A DNA stretch of 64,000 nt from Verrucomicrobiales bacterium (GCA_046075565.1 JBJTQJ010000124.1:10953-74952), one strand, 5' to 3'. Numbered from the stretch's first letter, positions 1 through 9,674 are shown. Numbers and translations are program-made. The notes: a model not told the origin generated them from the letters alone.

Positions 1-76
1 CGGCGAAACCACGGTTGGCGATGTGAAACGCGCCCTCGCTGCCTCCGGGGTGGCGGTCCGGCCGCCTGTTGCATGA
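1..76 (+). CDS. 3' end of an upstream CDS (partial, product unknown)
   Basis: Open frame GETTVGDVKRALAASGVAVRPPVA* ends in an ATGA overlap (73-76) with the DAHP synthase start. Confidence 0.6.
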   Translation, partial: GETTVGDVKRALAASGVAVRPPVA

Positions 77-1119
77 ATCTCCCGCTCCATGATCTTCATA
101 TCGCGGCCACGCGCCCGTTGATCTCGCCAGCCGTACTGGAAGAGGAGATTCCCCTTCCTTCCGGTTTGGCGGAAACAATTGCCGCGCACCGTGAAACGAT
201 CTCGAATGCCATCCATGGTCGTGACCCGCGGATGCTCGCCATCGTCGGACCCTGTTCCATCCATGATGAAGTGGCCGCCCTCGAATACGCCGGACGTTTG
301 GCCGTGCTCGCACGTGAACTTGAGGACGATTTGATCATCATCATGCGCGTGTATTTCGAGAAGCCGCGCACGACCGTGGGCTGGAAAGGTTTGATCAATG
401 ATCCGGGCATGGACGGAGGATTCCAAATCAACGATGGGCTCCGCATCGCGCGCCGCATTCTGGTCGGGGTCAACTCGCTCGGCCTACCCGCCGCCAATGA
501 ATTCCTCGACACGATCATCGGCCAATACTATGCGGACCTCATCTCGTGGGGATGTATCGGTGCGCGCACGGTCGAAAGCCAGGTCCATCGCCAGCTCGCT
601 TCCGGACTTTCCATGCCGGTGGGATTCAAGAACCGCACCGATGGCGATACCGGCGTGGCCATTGAAGCCATGCTCGCGGCCGCCCATCCGCATGTTTTTC
701 CATCGCTCACGCGTGAAGGTTTGCCCGCCGTGCTTGCTACCTCAGGCAACCGCGACAGCCATGTGGTTTTGCGGGGAGGCTCCCGGGGGCCGAACTTTTC
801 CCCGGCGCATCTTGCCGAATTGAGCGAAAAACTCAAAAAGGCCGGACTGCCGTCGCGGGTCCTGGTCGATTGCAGTCACGCCAACAGCGGGAAAGACCCG
901 GCGCGTCAGCCGCTCGTGGCGGCGGAACTCGCGCAACGGACCGCAGCGGGTGAGTCCGGTTTGTTAGGAATCATGATGGAAAGCCACCTTGTCGCGGGAC
1001 GTCAGGACCCCGGACCGGACGGCAAGCCCGCTGTCTATGGCCAGAGCATCACCGATGCCTGCCTCGGGTGGGAAGAGACCGCAGAGACCCTGCGCGCCTT
1101 CGCGCGGAATTCTAGGTAG
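73..1119 (+). CDS. aroG: 3-deoxy-7-phosphoheptulonate (DAHP) synthase, class I-alpha (AroF/G/H type)
   Basis: Motifs IVGPCSIHD, RVYFEKPRTTVGWKGLINDP, IGARTVESQVHR, VDCSHANS, YGQSITDACLGW; the isoenzyme identity is uncertain. Confidence 0.93.
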   Translation: MNLPLHDLHIAATRPLISPAVLEEEIPLPSGLAETIAAHRETISNAIHGRDPRMLAIVGPCSIHDEVAALEYAGRLAVLARELEDDLIIIMRVYFEKPRTTVGWKGLINDPGMDGGFQINDGLRIARRILVGVNSLGLPAANEFLDTIIGQYYADLISWGCIGARTVESQVHRQLASGLSMPVGFKNRTDGDTGVAIEAMLAAAHPHVFPSLTREGLPAVLATSGNRDSHVVLRGGSRGPNFSPAHLAELSEKLKKAGLPSRVLVDCSHANSGKDPARQPLVAAELAQRTAAGESGLLGIMMESHLVAGRQDPGPDGKPAVYGQSITDACLGWEETAETLRAFARNSR

Positions 1120-1145
1120 GGTGCGCTGGGAGAGCCGGGATCGTC

Positions 1146-1333
1146 GGGATCGCCGACGTCCTCGTCGGCAATGCTAATGAAATAGCTTAATGAAACAGCC
1201 AGTTCATATCCACTAACCAAACTTGGTCATGTCGAACGATTCGAATGGAGAGGAAAGAGAGCTTCCTGCCTGTGCCGACGAGGACCCAGCCTTCGCCGGG
1301 GGCTACGGCGGGCAGGCGGTCGGCGGTCCCAGC
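1146..1333. repeat. Left inverted REP doublet (REPIN-like) of the RAYT locus
   Basis: GGGATCGCCGACGTCCTCGTCGGCA at 1146-1170; an inverted copy at 1273-1333 is split by a 33-bp insertion. Confidence 0.85.
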
Positions 1334-1360
1334 GGTGATTCCGCCCTCGATCGTGAGGAA

Positions 1361-2034
1361 TGGTATTCTCGTGGGTATCTACCGCATCGTGATCGCTTGA
1401 CCTGCTGCAGTTTATCACCTTCCGGCTTGGTGACAGCCTGCCACAATTGGTGCTGGCAGAACTTGAGCAGGAGCTTCGGTTGCTTCCCAAATCACGGCGT
1501 GACAAGGAGAGAAGCGAGCGCATCGAAGAATGGCTGGACAAAGGCATGGGATGCTGTGCCCTGCGGAATTCCGAGGCAGCCGCCTTCGTGCAAAACACGT
1601 TGCTGCATTTCGATGGCCAGCGCTACAGGATGATGGCATGGGTGCTCATGCCCAATCACGTGCACGTGCTTATCGAAGCTAAGGAACCGATGGCGAAAAT
1701 CATTCAGGCTTGGAAATCCTTCAGTGCCCGATGGTTGCTGGCCAACAACCAACGCCTTCGTCTCGGACTTCCGGATCCCCACAACGTGTGGATGCGCGAG
1801 TATTGGGATCGATTTATCCGCGATGAGCGTCACCTCGCCTCCACTTTCGAATACATTCACGACAATCCGGTAAAAGCCGGACTTTGCGCAAGGGCCTCCG
1901 ATTGGCCGTGGTCGAGCGCTCGCGTGTCCGGGAGCGCTGGGATCGCCGACGTCCTCGTCGGCAAAGCCAATGAAGATGCCAATGTGCCACCGGTTGGTTG
2001 CGATGAAATAGGAGATGGTGAAGGGAAGAGGTGA
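1361..2034 (+). pseudogene. REP-associated tyrosine transposase (RAYT, Y1 HUH), frameshifted near 1393-1399; start uncertain
   Basis: WYSRGYLPHRD in one frame continues as DLLQFITFRLGDSLP in another. HUH motif MPNHVHVL, plus WMREYWDRFIRDERH and YIHDNPVKAGL. Confidence 0.85.
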
Positions 2035-2133
2035 TCGGGGGAGAAATCGCATTGCCGACGAGGACGTCGGCGATCCCGGCATTGCCGACGGCGACAACGG
2101 CGATCCCAGCGGTCCCTGCGATCCCAGCGGTCC
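1939..2133. repeat. Right inverted REP doublet plus degenerate copies
   Basis: GGGATCGCCGACGTCCTCGTCGGCA at 1939-1963, its exact reverse complement at 2053-2077, a degenerate copy at 2083-2107, and repeated GCGATCCCAGCGGTCC tails. Confidence 0.88.
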
Positions 2134-2178
2134 TTATCGGAACTTTTCCTCGCTATCCGAGAAAACGAGTGCTAATCC

Positions 2179-5100
2179 ATGGTCATGCGCGAAGCCGAGA
2201 CACCGAGATTGCCCGGAGAGATTTTTGGAACTGCCACCGGATGGGAGGTTTTCGCGTCTGGTGAAGCAACGGGGCGGGTGTCGTGTGAACCTGGGGAAGG
2301 CGGCCATCGGGTATGGCGATTGGAGTATGATTTCAAATCGGGTGGTGGCTTTGTCGTGGCCCGGCTGCCCCTGCAGGCGCTTTTGCCGGAGTCTTTCGCC
2401 TTCAGGGCCCGGTGGAGAGGCGAAGGACCTGCCAACCATTTCGAATGGAAAGTCGTTTCGGCAGGCGGCGCGGATGTGTGGCGTCACCGCCGCGATTCCG
2501 TCGTGTGGCCGAGCGATTGGCAGGCCCTCGGGATCACGGAGAGGGAACTGCACTTCGCGTGGGGACCGGGCGGCGGAGGAACTCCCCGGGAAATCTCGGC
2601 CCTTGAGGTGGCCATCACGGCGGGACCGGGTGGCGCGGGGAGTGTCGAACTAACAGAAGCGGGTTTCTGCGATGAGAGCTTCCAGCAACCGGCGGCTGTC
2701 ATGGCGAGCAGCCGCCAGCCCGGATGCGATCCCACCAAGGTCTTCGGCGAGGGCTCTTGGCAAGCCGCTCCTGACGATCCCTCCCCATGGTGGATGGTGG
2801 ATCTGGGTCAGGTGCACCGCTTCGGTGGATTGATCCTGCGTTGGCCCGACGCACGCTGTGGCCGGGCTTTTGAAGTTTCGACTTCGCTCGATGGCCAGGC
2901 CTGGTCGCTTGCCAAGTCGGTGGAGGATGCGCGGGGAGATTGGACGCCATTGGCCATTCCTGGTGGCGAGGCTCGTTATCTCCGCTTGGGATTTGCCTCG
3001 GCGACCGGTGCCGGTTTGCAGGCACTCGAATTGCAGCCGGATGCGTTTTCGTCATCACCCAATGCCTTCCTTCATGCCGTCGCCTCGCGTTTTCCACGCG
3101 GATGTTTCCCTCGCTACTGGATGAGAGAGCAATCCTACTGGACGCCCGTGGGGTATCCCGATGGAGGAAAACGTGCGCTGCTCAACGAGGAAGGCATGGT
3201 CGAAGTGGACGAAGGTTCGTTGTCACTCGAACCATTCCTGATTTGTGACGGAAAACTGATCACGTGGGCGGATGCCGATTGCCGGGTCTCCCTGCCGGAC
3301 GACGGGGGTCCACAACCGGGAGCGGAGTGGTCGGTGGCGGGGGGCAGCTTGCGCATTTTGCCGGAAGCTATTTTGGTTGGCAAGAAAAGGGTGCTGCGGA
3401 TTTCCTATCAAGTGCGACCACAAGAGGGAGCGCGCTGGCGACTGGCGGTGGCCGCGCGTCCCTATCAGGTGAACCCACCATGGCAACAATTCCGCAATCT
3501 GGGTGGTCGTGCCACCTTGGGCGAAATAACAACCGCGTGTGACTCGGCATCACTCGATGGAAAACCCCTCGCCTTCTCCCATCCGGCGGAAGCTTGGGGC
3601 GCAGCCACGTTCGAGCAGGGCGGGGGATTGCTGGAACTATCGCGGGGTGAAGCTCCGGAGGGCAAAGCATGCGCTGATCGTGATGGCCTTGGTAGCGGCC
3701 TCTGGTTGTGGGATGTTCCGCAGGAAGGCCTCGATCTTCATGCCTCGTGGGACTGGCAATGCGAAACAGATCAGGACGAAGCGTGGGATTCGGCCATCCA
3801 TCGTGTTCATTGGCGAATGCCGGATTCGGTAAGGGATGCGGCGAGTGCATTCCACACTTGTTCGGCGCACATTCTCATCAACCGCGATGGCTCTGGCATG
3901 CAACCCGGACCGAGGAGATACACCCGTTCATGGATCCGGGATTGCGCGATCATGGGCGCGGCGCTCGCCAAAGCGGGACGCCCGGAACCATTACGGGAGT
4001 TTCTCTTCTGGTATGCCGTTTTCCAGCGCGAGGATGGATTCGTCCCCTGCGTGGTGGATCGCGATGGCGTTGACTGGTTGGTCGAACACGATAGTCATGG
4101 TCAGTTTCTGTGGGCGGCGCGAGAATGCCTGCGGCATGGCTTGCCGGCCGAAGATCTAACAAAGCTCCTGCCACAACTGCGCAAGGCCGCCGCGTATCTC
4201 GTCACGCTGCGCGCGAGCCGCTTGGGTGCGGAGTTCCAATCGGGCGAACATGCCGACCGCCGGGGCTTGCTGCCGGAGTCGGCCAGCCACGAAGGCTATC
4301 TGGCGCATCCCGTGCATTCCTACTGGGATGACTTCTGGGGCATCCGCGGGCTGGAGGCGATGGCCGAGATGGAAGCGGGTATGGGAGTTGGTGAGTCGGC
4401 GTCACAATGGCGGAAAGAAGCCGATGCCTTGCGCGAAGACACGCTGGCTTCCATGCAGGCCGTGATCGGGAAACACAAACTCGGACATCTGCCCGGCTCG
4501 GTCGAATGGGCGGACTTTGATCCCACCGCGACATCCAATGCCATCGGCTTACTCGACTTCGCGGATGTATTGCCGCGGAACGAAATGCACCGGATGTTCG
4601 ATACTTATCTCGAGGGATTCCGGAAAAAACATGATGGTTCGATGCCGTGGACCAATTACACGCCCTACGAGATCCGGATCATCGGGGCGATGGCGAGGAT
4701 CGGCCGTCGCGAAGATGCGCACGAGTTGTTAAGTTTCTTCCTGTCCGATCGCAGGCCTCTGGAATGGAATCAATGGCCGGAGATTGCCTGGAAGGATCCA
4801 CGCTCGCCCGGTCATCTCGGGGACGTGCCGCACACTTGGATCTCGGCCGAATATATGTTCGCCTTTGCCTCGCTCTTCGTGCACGAATGCGAGGAAGTGG
4901 ACCAATTTCTCCTCGCCCAAGGCGTGCCTTGGGAATGGGTGGCCGCTCCTGGAGGAACGGGCGTAGGAGGATTGCCTGTCCGCTATGGCGTGATCGATCT
5001 CGACCTGGCCGCGACGGGTCCCGATGAAAGCCGGGTTCGCATTGGTGGTGACTTCGCATTTCCCGGCGAGGGATTGCTTTTGCTGATTCCCTCGCCACCG

Positions 5101-5226
5101 GGCAAGAGCGCGATCCGGGCAACTACCGGTGATGGTATCGAACTTTCGCCCGGTCCTGCAGGAACAGGTTTCCTTCTCCGCTCCCCAGCGGCGGAGGTGC
5201 TCGTGGTTTACGGCCAGCGGGATTAG
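2179..5226 (+). CDS. Putative glycoside hydrolase: N-terminal CBM-like domain, F5/8 type C (discoidin) domain and C-terminal six-hairpin glycosidase-like domain
   Basis: Discoidin signature WWMVDLGQVHRFGGLILRW...ARYLRL; C-terminal QPGPRRYTRSWIRD, EHDSHGQ, ESASHEGY, HSYWDDFW. Confidence 0.75.
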   Translation: MVMREAETPRLPGEIFGTATGWEVFASGEATGRVSCEPGEGGHRVWRLEYDFKSGGGFVVARLPLQALLPESFAFRARWRGEGPANHFEWKVVSAGGADVWRHRRDSVVWPSDWQALGITERELHFAWGPGGGGTPREISALEVAITAGPGGAGSVELTEAGFCDESFQQPAAVMASSRQPGCDPTKVFGEGSWQAAPDDPSPWWMVDLGQVHRFGGLILRWPDARCGRAFEVSTSLDGQAWSLAKSVEDARGDWTPLAIPGGEARYLRLGFASATGAGLQALELQPDAFSSSPNAFLHAVASRFPRGCFPRYWMREQSYWTPVGYPDGGKRALLNEEGMVEVDEGSLSLEPFLICDGKLITWADADCRVSLPDDGGPQPGAEWSVAGGSLRILPEAILVGKKRVLRISYQVRPQEGARWRLAVAARPYQVNPPWQQFRNLGGRATLGEITTACDSASLDGKPLAFSHPAEAWGAATFEQGGGLLELSRGEAPEGKACADRDGLGSGLWLWDVPQEGLDLHASWDWQCETDQDEAWDSAIHRVHWRMPDSVRDAASAFHTCSAHILINRDGSGMQPGPRRYTRSWIRDCAIMGAALAKAGRPEPLREFLFWYAVFQREDGFVPCVVDRDGVDWLVEHDSHGQFLWAARECLRHGLPAEDLTKLLPQLRKAAAYLVTLRASRLGAEFQSGEHADRRGLLPESASHEGYLAHPVHSYWDDFWGIRGLEAMAEMEAGMGVGESASQWRKEADALREDTLASMQAVIGKHKLGHLPGSVEWADFDPTATSNAIGLLDFADVLPRNEMHRMFDTYLEGFRKKHDGSMPWTNYTPYEIRIIGAMARIGRREDAHELLSFFLSDRRPLEWNQWPEIAWKDPRSPGHLGDVPHTWISAEYMFAFASLFVHECEEVDQFLLAQGVPWEWVAAPGGTGVGGLPVRYGVIDLDLAATGPDESRVRIGGDFAFPGEGLLLLIPSPPGKSAIRATTGDGIELSPGPAGTGFLLRSPAAEVLVVYGQRD

Positions 5227-5262
5227 GCCTTCAAACATTCCCGGTGCAGCCTTTGCCGCCCG

Positions 5263-5535
5263 TCACTTCCTCTTCCTAGGGGGAATGCCGGCCTCGGCCT
5301 CGAGTTCCCGCTTTAACTCCGCCGGGAGGCGAAGGCAGTCCTCGTTGGCGATAGCTCCCCCGAGGGCATAGAGAAGCATGCGGTGATGTCGGGTCACACC
5401 GGCAGCGACCAGTTCGCGATAGGCTACCGCCGCTCCAACCTCACGGAACTGGCTTTCATTGTTGATGCCAATCGCCGCCAGCATTTCCTCGCAGCGCGGG
5501 CCGAGGTTGCGCATTTCTCGTATCGGGCGGCTCAT
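5263..5535 (-). CDS. TfoX/Sxy C-terminal domain protein
   Basis: MRNLGPRCEEMLAAIGI...GAAVAYREL...LLYALGGAI matches the TfoX_C pattern. Confidence 0.8.
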   Translation of the reverse strand: MSRPIREMRNLGPRCEEMLAAIGINNESQFREVGAAVAYRELVAAGVTRHHRMLLYALGGAIANEDCLRLPAELKRELEAEAGIPPRKRK

Positions 5536-5752
5536 GGGGACGGGAAGAAACCTCCCAATCATAGGCCGCAGGGGCAGCGTTGCCACATTCGAAAGCGAAT
5601 TTTCTCCGATACGCGAAAACCTTTTTTGAAAATTGGTAAATTTCCGATAATTATTTGGAATTATTGACTGCTTGCTTGGAGTTATCCTTGGGAGGTGTTA
5701 ATCCATGGGTGATTCGCTTGGCAAAGTGCCCGGCGGAAACCGCATTCGAATT

Positions 5753-6307
5753 ATGAAAAAGACACTAGTTTCCACGATGCTCACATTCATTGGTGCGGCT
5801 GCTTTGCAGGCTGGTCCGATGATGACCCCTTATGACGCTATGTCGCAACAGGCGCCGATGCCCGGCCCGATGGGCTGCGAAGCCTTCGAGGGCGGATGGG
5901 CGTTCGCTCCGTTCGGCCTCTTCCTGACACCGGATTCCGACACCGACACGACCTTCGGATTCGGTCTTCAAGGTGAATACTTCTTCAACCGCTACCTCGG
6001 TCTCGCGGCTTCCGCCCAATGGGCTGAAGTGGGTGACGTCGATGTGGGCAACTACGTGGCGGATGCGGTTGTTCGTTATCCCTTCCCGACCGCGTGCCTC
6101 GCACCCTACGCCTTTGCCGGCGTCGGCATCATCGACGCGGAAACCACCGAGTTGCTCGGTCGCCTCGGTATCGGTCTCGATTGGCGCATCTTCAATGGCC
6201 ACGGCATCTTCTGCGATTGGTCCTATGGCATTCCCGGCGGTGGCGGCGGCGACGACGACATCGAGGACTACCAGATCATCCGTCTGGGCGTGAAGATCGA
6301 CTTCTAA
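5753..6307 (+). CDS. Small outer-membrane beta-barrel protein
   Basis: Signal peptide MKKTLVSTML..., alternating beta strands (EYFFNRYLGL, LAPYAFAGVG), C-terminal Phe (VKIDF). Confidence 0.8.
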   Translation: MKKTLVSTMLTFIGAAALQAGPMMTPYDAMSQQAPMPGPMGCEAFEGGWAFAPFGLFLTPDSDTDTTFGFGLQGEYFFNRYLGLAASAQWAEVGDVDVGNYVADAVVRYPFPTACLAPYAFAGVGIIDAETTELLGRLGIGLDWRIFNGHGIFCDWSYGIPGGGGGDDDIEDYQIIRLGVKIDF

Positions 6308-6339
6308 TACTTTCCCGATAGCGGGATGTCTCCTAGGCA

Positions 6340-6381
6340 GGCCAGTGGTTCCCATCGGGGGCCACTGGCCGGTCTGCTTTT
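6340..6381 (+). terminator. Probable intrinsic terminator
   Basis: 14-bp stem GGCCAGTGGTTCCC / GGGGGCCACTGGCC (with G:U pairs) ~30 bp after the OMP stop, followed by a short T run. Confidence 0.6.
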
Positions 6382-6642
6382 AGCCAGGAATCCATTTGCT
6401 TTCCACCGGGCTCAATGAATGGAGCGCAGTTTTGAGGCAAGACCGGGACGGTCTTGCGACGACTGGGGTGGATGCTCGCAGCAAACCGCCTTGGACCTGC
6501 CATGGCCTCTGTAGCAAGACTGTCTCGGTCTTGCACCGTGAGGATATGGCTAAAGTGAAGAAGAGTGTCCTTAGTTTTTTGCTAAGTGAATAGCATTGGG
6601 AATAGCACAATATCCGAAACAGGGTCGTGCCGCGAAGGAAGG

Positions 6643-7389
6643 TCAATTCTTCGCTGTTTTTTCCGGTGGAGCCGTGTTGTTCAAACGCACGACGCAACGC
6701 AGCTTGCCTTCGAGTTTTCCCACCCCGAGGTGATAGTAGCGGCCACTACCTCCCCAGCTTTCGGAGAAGAATGCCGAGCCCTCCGCGATGGTTTCAATCG
6801 GCGGAGGTGCCTGGGCGTTCAATGGTGGACCAGCGAGCGCGGAGAGCATCGGCCGGATGGCCTCGGCGTGCGGGCGCAGTGCGCCGGGGTTTTCGACCGC
6901 GACCTCGGGTCCATAAAGACTCACTTCGGTCAGGCTCTCGGCCGCGTCGAAGCCAAAATAGATTGACCAGTCCACACCGCCGGCCTTGAGCGAATACACC
7001 CCGTTGATGCCGGTGCGGCCGAGCAACTCCTTGGGCAGACCGCCCCCGATGCCGGGCACACGTTTGAGAGCGGCGGTGGTCTCGTCGATGTCGTTACCGA
7101 GTTGGAATCCTTCGAAGGCTTCGAGCTTCGCGGCGCTTGGTGGTTTGGGCTTCAAATTTTCCGCCTCTTTTTTCACGAGGGCTTGATCCGCCGTGCCAAG
7201 TTTGTCGAGAGTGAAGACCAGTTCTTTTCCCTGTCTGTCCTTCATCGTCACGACCTCACCTTTCAAGGAGACAAGCTCCGCTTCCATGGTGCGTGTGCCG
7301 TCGGCGCTATGCCACAAACGAGTTTCCGCCTGCGCGGAAACAGTCAGCAGGGCGAGGAATACAGCCGGAATGGGGGAGCGTTGGAACAT
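6643..7389 (-). CDS. Secreted SHD1-like domain protein
   Basis: Signal peptide, then RLWHSADGTRTMEAELVSLKGEVVTMK...LDKLGTADQALV (SHD1-type pattern common in PVC bacteria). Confidence 0.7.
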   Translation of the reverse strand: MFQRSPIPAVFLALLTVSAQAETRLWHSADGTRTMEAELVSLKGEVVTMKDRQGKELVFTLDKLGTADQALVKKEAENLKPKPPSAAKLEAFEGFQLGNDIDETTAALKRVPGIGGGLPKELLGRTGINGVYSLKAGGVDWSIYFGFDAAESLTEVSLYGPEVAVENPGALRPHAEAIRPMLSALAGPPLNAQAPPPIETIAEGSAFFSESWGGSGRYYHLGVGKLEGKLRCVVRLNNTAPPEKTAKN

Positions 7390-7509
7390 GCGGCGAGGAA
7401 CGCGTCAATTATACGCCCCGGGTGTCCTGAATCTTGGAAAAACTTCCCATTCGCGGAAATTCGATGCCATGCATTGGTCTTCCGGGGCATCAGCTCCGGT
7501 CCTGCGAAG

Positions 7510-8604
7510 TCATTTGTTTTTTCTTGCTGCTTCGGCCTCGGCTGCTTTTGTGGCTTGCACGTGACGGGCGATGAACTGCGGGTCGCGCGCATGGGTGACG
7601 GCTTCGTCGAGGGAAAGGTAACCGCAGGCGGCGAGGTGGGCGAGGCTGGCATCGAAGGTGTGCATGCCGTCGTTTCGTCCGACTTCCATGAGGCCGGGGA
7701 TTTGTTCCCATTTCTTTTCGCGGATGCAGGCGCGGACACCATTGTTGGCGACCAGCACTTCGGAGACGAGCACCCGGCCGCCGGTATCAAGCCGGGGCAG
7801 GAGTTTTTGTGCGATGATGCCGACGAGGCAGTTGGAAAGTTGCGCGAGAATCTGCGGTTGTTGTTCTGGGGGAAAAACATCGACCAGTCGATCCAAGGAA
7901 CGGGGCGCGTCCTGGGTGTGCAGGGTGGCCAGCACGAGGTGTCCGGTTTCCGCCGCCGTGATGGCCGTGCGGATGGTTTCGAGATCGCGCATTTCGCTAA
8001 CAAGGATGACGTCTGGGTCCTGACGAAGCGCGGAGCGCAAGGCTTCGGAGAACCCACGGGTGTCCTGTCCGACTTGCCTTTGTTTGACCAGCCCGTAGGC
8101 ATGGGGGAAAACGAATTCGACCGGGTCTTCGATGGTAATGATGACGCAGGAGCGTTGTTCGCTGATCCGCTTGACCATGGAGGCGAGGGTCGTGCTTTTG
8201 CCCGCGCCGGTAATGCCGGTGACGAGAATGAGGCCCTGTGGTTTGCGGCAGAATTCTTCCACGGTCGGGCTGTGGCCGAGCGTCGAGAGATCGGGAATTT
8301 CCTCCGGGATGTAACGGAAGGCCGCTTCCACGTTGCCACGGGAAAAATGGGCGTTGCCGCGGAAGCGTCCGACATCGCGGATCTGGAGCGCGAAGTCCAG
8401 TTCCCAATCTTTCTCAAGGCGGGCGCGCTGGGCCTCGGTCAAGACGCCGAAAATGAGGTCCCGCGAGGTGTCGCCATCCAAATCAAACTCACCGAGCGGC
8501 TGGAGTTTACCGTGGATACGGGCGGCGGGGGGTGCGCCGACAGTGATGTGGAGGTCGGAGCCGTTCAGCTCGCGGGTCTGGCGCAGGTAGTCGAAGAGGT
8601 CCAT
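7510..8604 (-). CDS. pilT: PilT/PilU-family type IV pilus ATPase
   Basis: SDLHITVG, Walker A GITGAGKST, ITIEDPVE, ALRQDPDVILVSEMRD, AAETGHLVLATLHT. Confidence 0.9.
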   Translation of the reverse strand: MDLFDYLRQTRELNGSDLHITVGAPPAARIHGKLQPLGEFDLDGDTSRDLIFGVLTEAQRARLEKDWELDFALQIRDVGRFRGNAHFSRGNVEAAFRYIPEEIPDLSTLGHSPTVEEFCRKPQGLILVTGITGAGKSTTLASMVKRISEQRSCVIITIEDPVEFVFPHAYGLVKQRQVGQDTRGFSEALRSALRQDPDVILVSEMRDLETIRTAITAAETGHLVLATLHTQDAPRSLDRLVDVFPPEQQPQILAQLSNCLVGIIAQKLLPRLDTGGRVLVSEVLVANNGVRACIREKKWEQIPGLMEVGRNDGMHTFDASLAHLAACGYLSLDEAVTHARDPQFIARHVQATKAAEAEAARKNK

Positions 8605-8608
8605 GGTC

Positions 8609-8653
8609 GCGGGAAATTCCCGCAGTATGGAGCAGGGAGAGCACCTTTGGCAA
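8609..8653 (-). promoter_or_regulatory. Candidate sigma70-type promoter with downstream inverted repeat for pilT
   Basis: Minus strand TTGCCA-18 bp-CATACT, then a perfect 7-1-7 inverted repeat GCGGGAA-A-TTCCCGC (8609-8623) just before the ATG. Confidence 0.4.
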
Positions 8654-8658
8654 GGGGC

Positions 8659-9573
8659 TCATTGGCCGGGCGGTCTGCCACTGAACATTCCGCGCCACCG
8701 ATCGCGGCGCGCCTGCTCGTTCTTCGCATCCTCCTCGTAGATGGCCCGTTGTTCGGGTGTCAGCACGGCCTTGATGGCGGCGTCGCGGTCGGCTTGGGCG
8801 GCGGAGGGTGCTTCCGCTCCCGTGCCTGTTTCGACTTCCAGATTCGGATCGGAAGATTTCACCATGATGCCGAAGACTTTGTCTTTTTGTTCCTCGCTCA
8901 GGTTGAGGCGGCGACCGAGGCGGTCGGTCTGTGAATTGGCCTGGCGTTCGAGGCGTTGGACACGATCAGCCGTCTGTTTCTTGTCGTATTTCTCGTATTG
9001 CTCGGGCGTCAGGGTTTCCTTGAGCGTGGCGTTCATCCCATCGGGCGAGAAGGGGCCTCCTCGTCCTCCCTCTTGGAATAGTTTTTCCGGGGTCATGGTC
9101 GGATCGGCGAGGCGGTCGTTGAATTTCTTCATCTCTTCATCGCCCAAGGCCGCGAGTTTCGTGCGCAGTTCCTCTTTTTGTGCGTCGTTGAGGCCGAGTT
9201 CCCCGGCCAGATCCTCGACCTGGCGGTCGATGCCGCGCATCATACCCTGACGGAACATGGGGGCGAGACGGTTGAGCAGAGGGCGGCTGTCTTGCAACAG
9301 CCCCTGCATGTCCTTCGCCATCGCCGCCTGCGGATCGGCAGCGCGTTCCTCTTCCGTCGGCGCGGCCACCTTCGGGGTGGCGGCGAGTTCGGCGGATTTG
9401 ACCCGTTGTTCCAGTTCGGCGATGCGCTTGTTCGCCGCATCGAGGCCACTTTTGTCCTCCATCGCCACGGCGGCGGGGGCGGTGACGGTTCCCTGTCCTG
9501 ATTGCCAGACATAAATGGCTCCGCCGCCCAAGGCGGCACCGGCTATGACGAGAATGAGTGGTGATGGTTTCAT
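8659..9573 (-). CDS. Hypothetical membrane-anchored or exported helical protein (Spy/CpxP-like repeats)
   Basis: N-terminal hydrophobic segment, coiled coil, and repeated LGLNDAQKEEL / LTPEQ / LNLSEEQKDK motifs. Confidence 0.65.
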   Translation of the reverse strand: MKPSPLILVIAGAALGGGAIYVWQSGQGTVTAPAAVAMEDKSGLDAANKRIAELEQRVKSAELAATPKVAAPTEEERAADPQAAMAKDMQGLLQDSRPLLNRLAPMFRQGMMRGIDRQVEDLAGELGLNDAQKEELRTKLAALGDEEMKKFNDRLADPTMTPEKLFQEGGRGGPFSPDGMNATLKETLTPEQYEKYDKKQTADRVQRLERQANSQTDRLGRRLNLSEEQKDKVFGIMVKSSDPNLEVETGTGAEAPSAAQADRDAAIKAVLTPEQRAIYEEDAKNEQARRDRWRGMFSGRPPGQ

Positions 9574-9674
9574 GGGATGGGGTGAGGAGGTATGCCTGCG
9601 GTCGGCAAGCGTTGCCGATTCAGCGGCCCGTCTGATTTTCGGCCAGACCGGGACGGGTTGGCGTCACTTGGGCA

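Noticed and set aside
1146-2133. CRISPR array
   Set aside because: The repeats alternate in orientation, spacing is irregular, they flank a RAYT, and no cas genes are present.
6380-6640. AT-richer stretch with short ORFs (a KKLRTLFFTLAISSRC lipoprotein-leader-like segment on the minus strand)
   Set aside because: There is no start codon at the leader and no recognisable domain. It may be a gene relic but cannot be supported.
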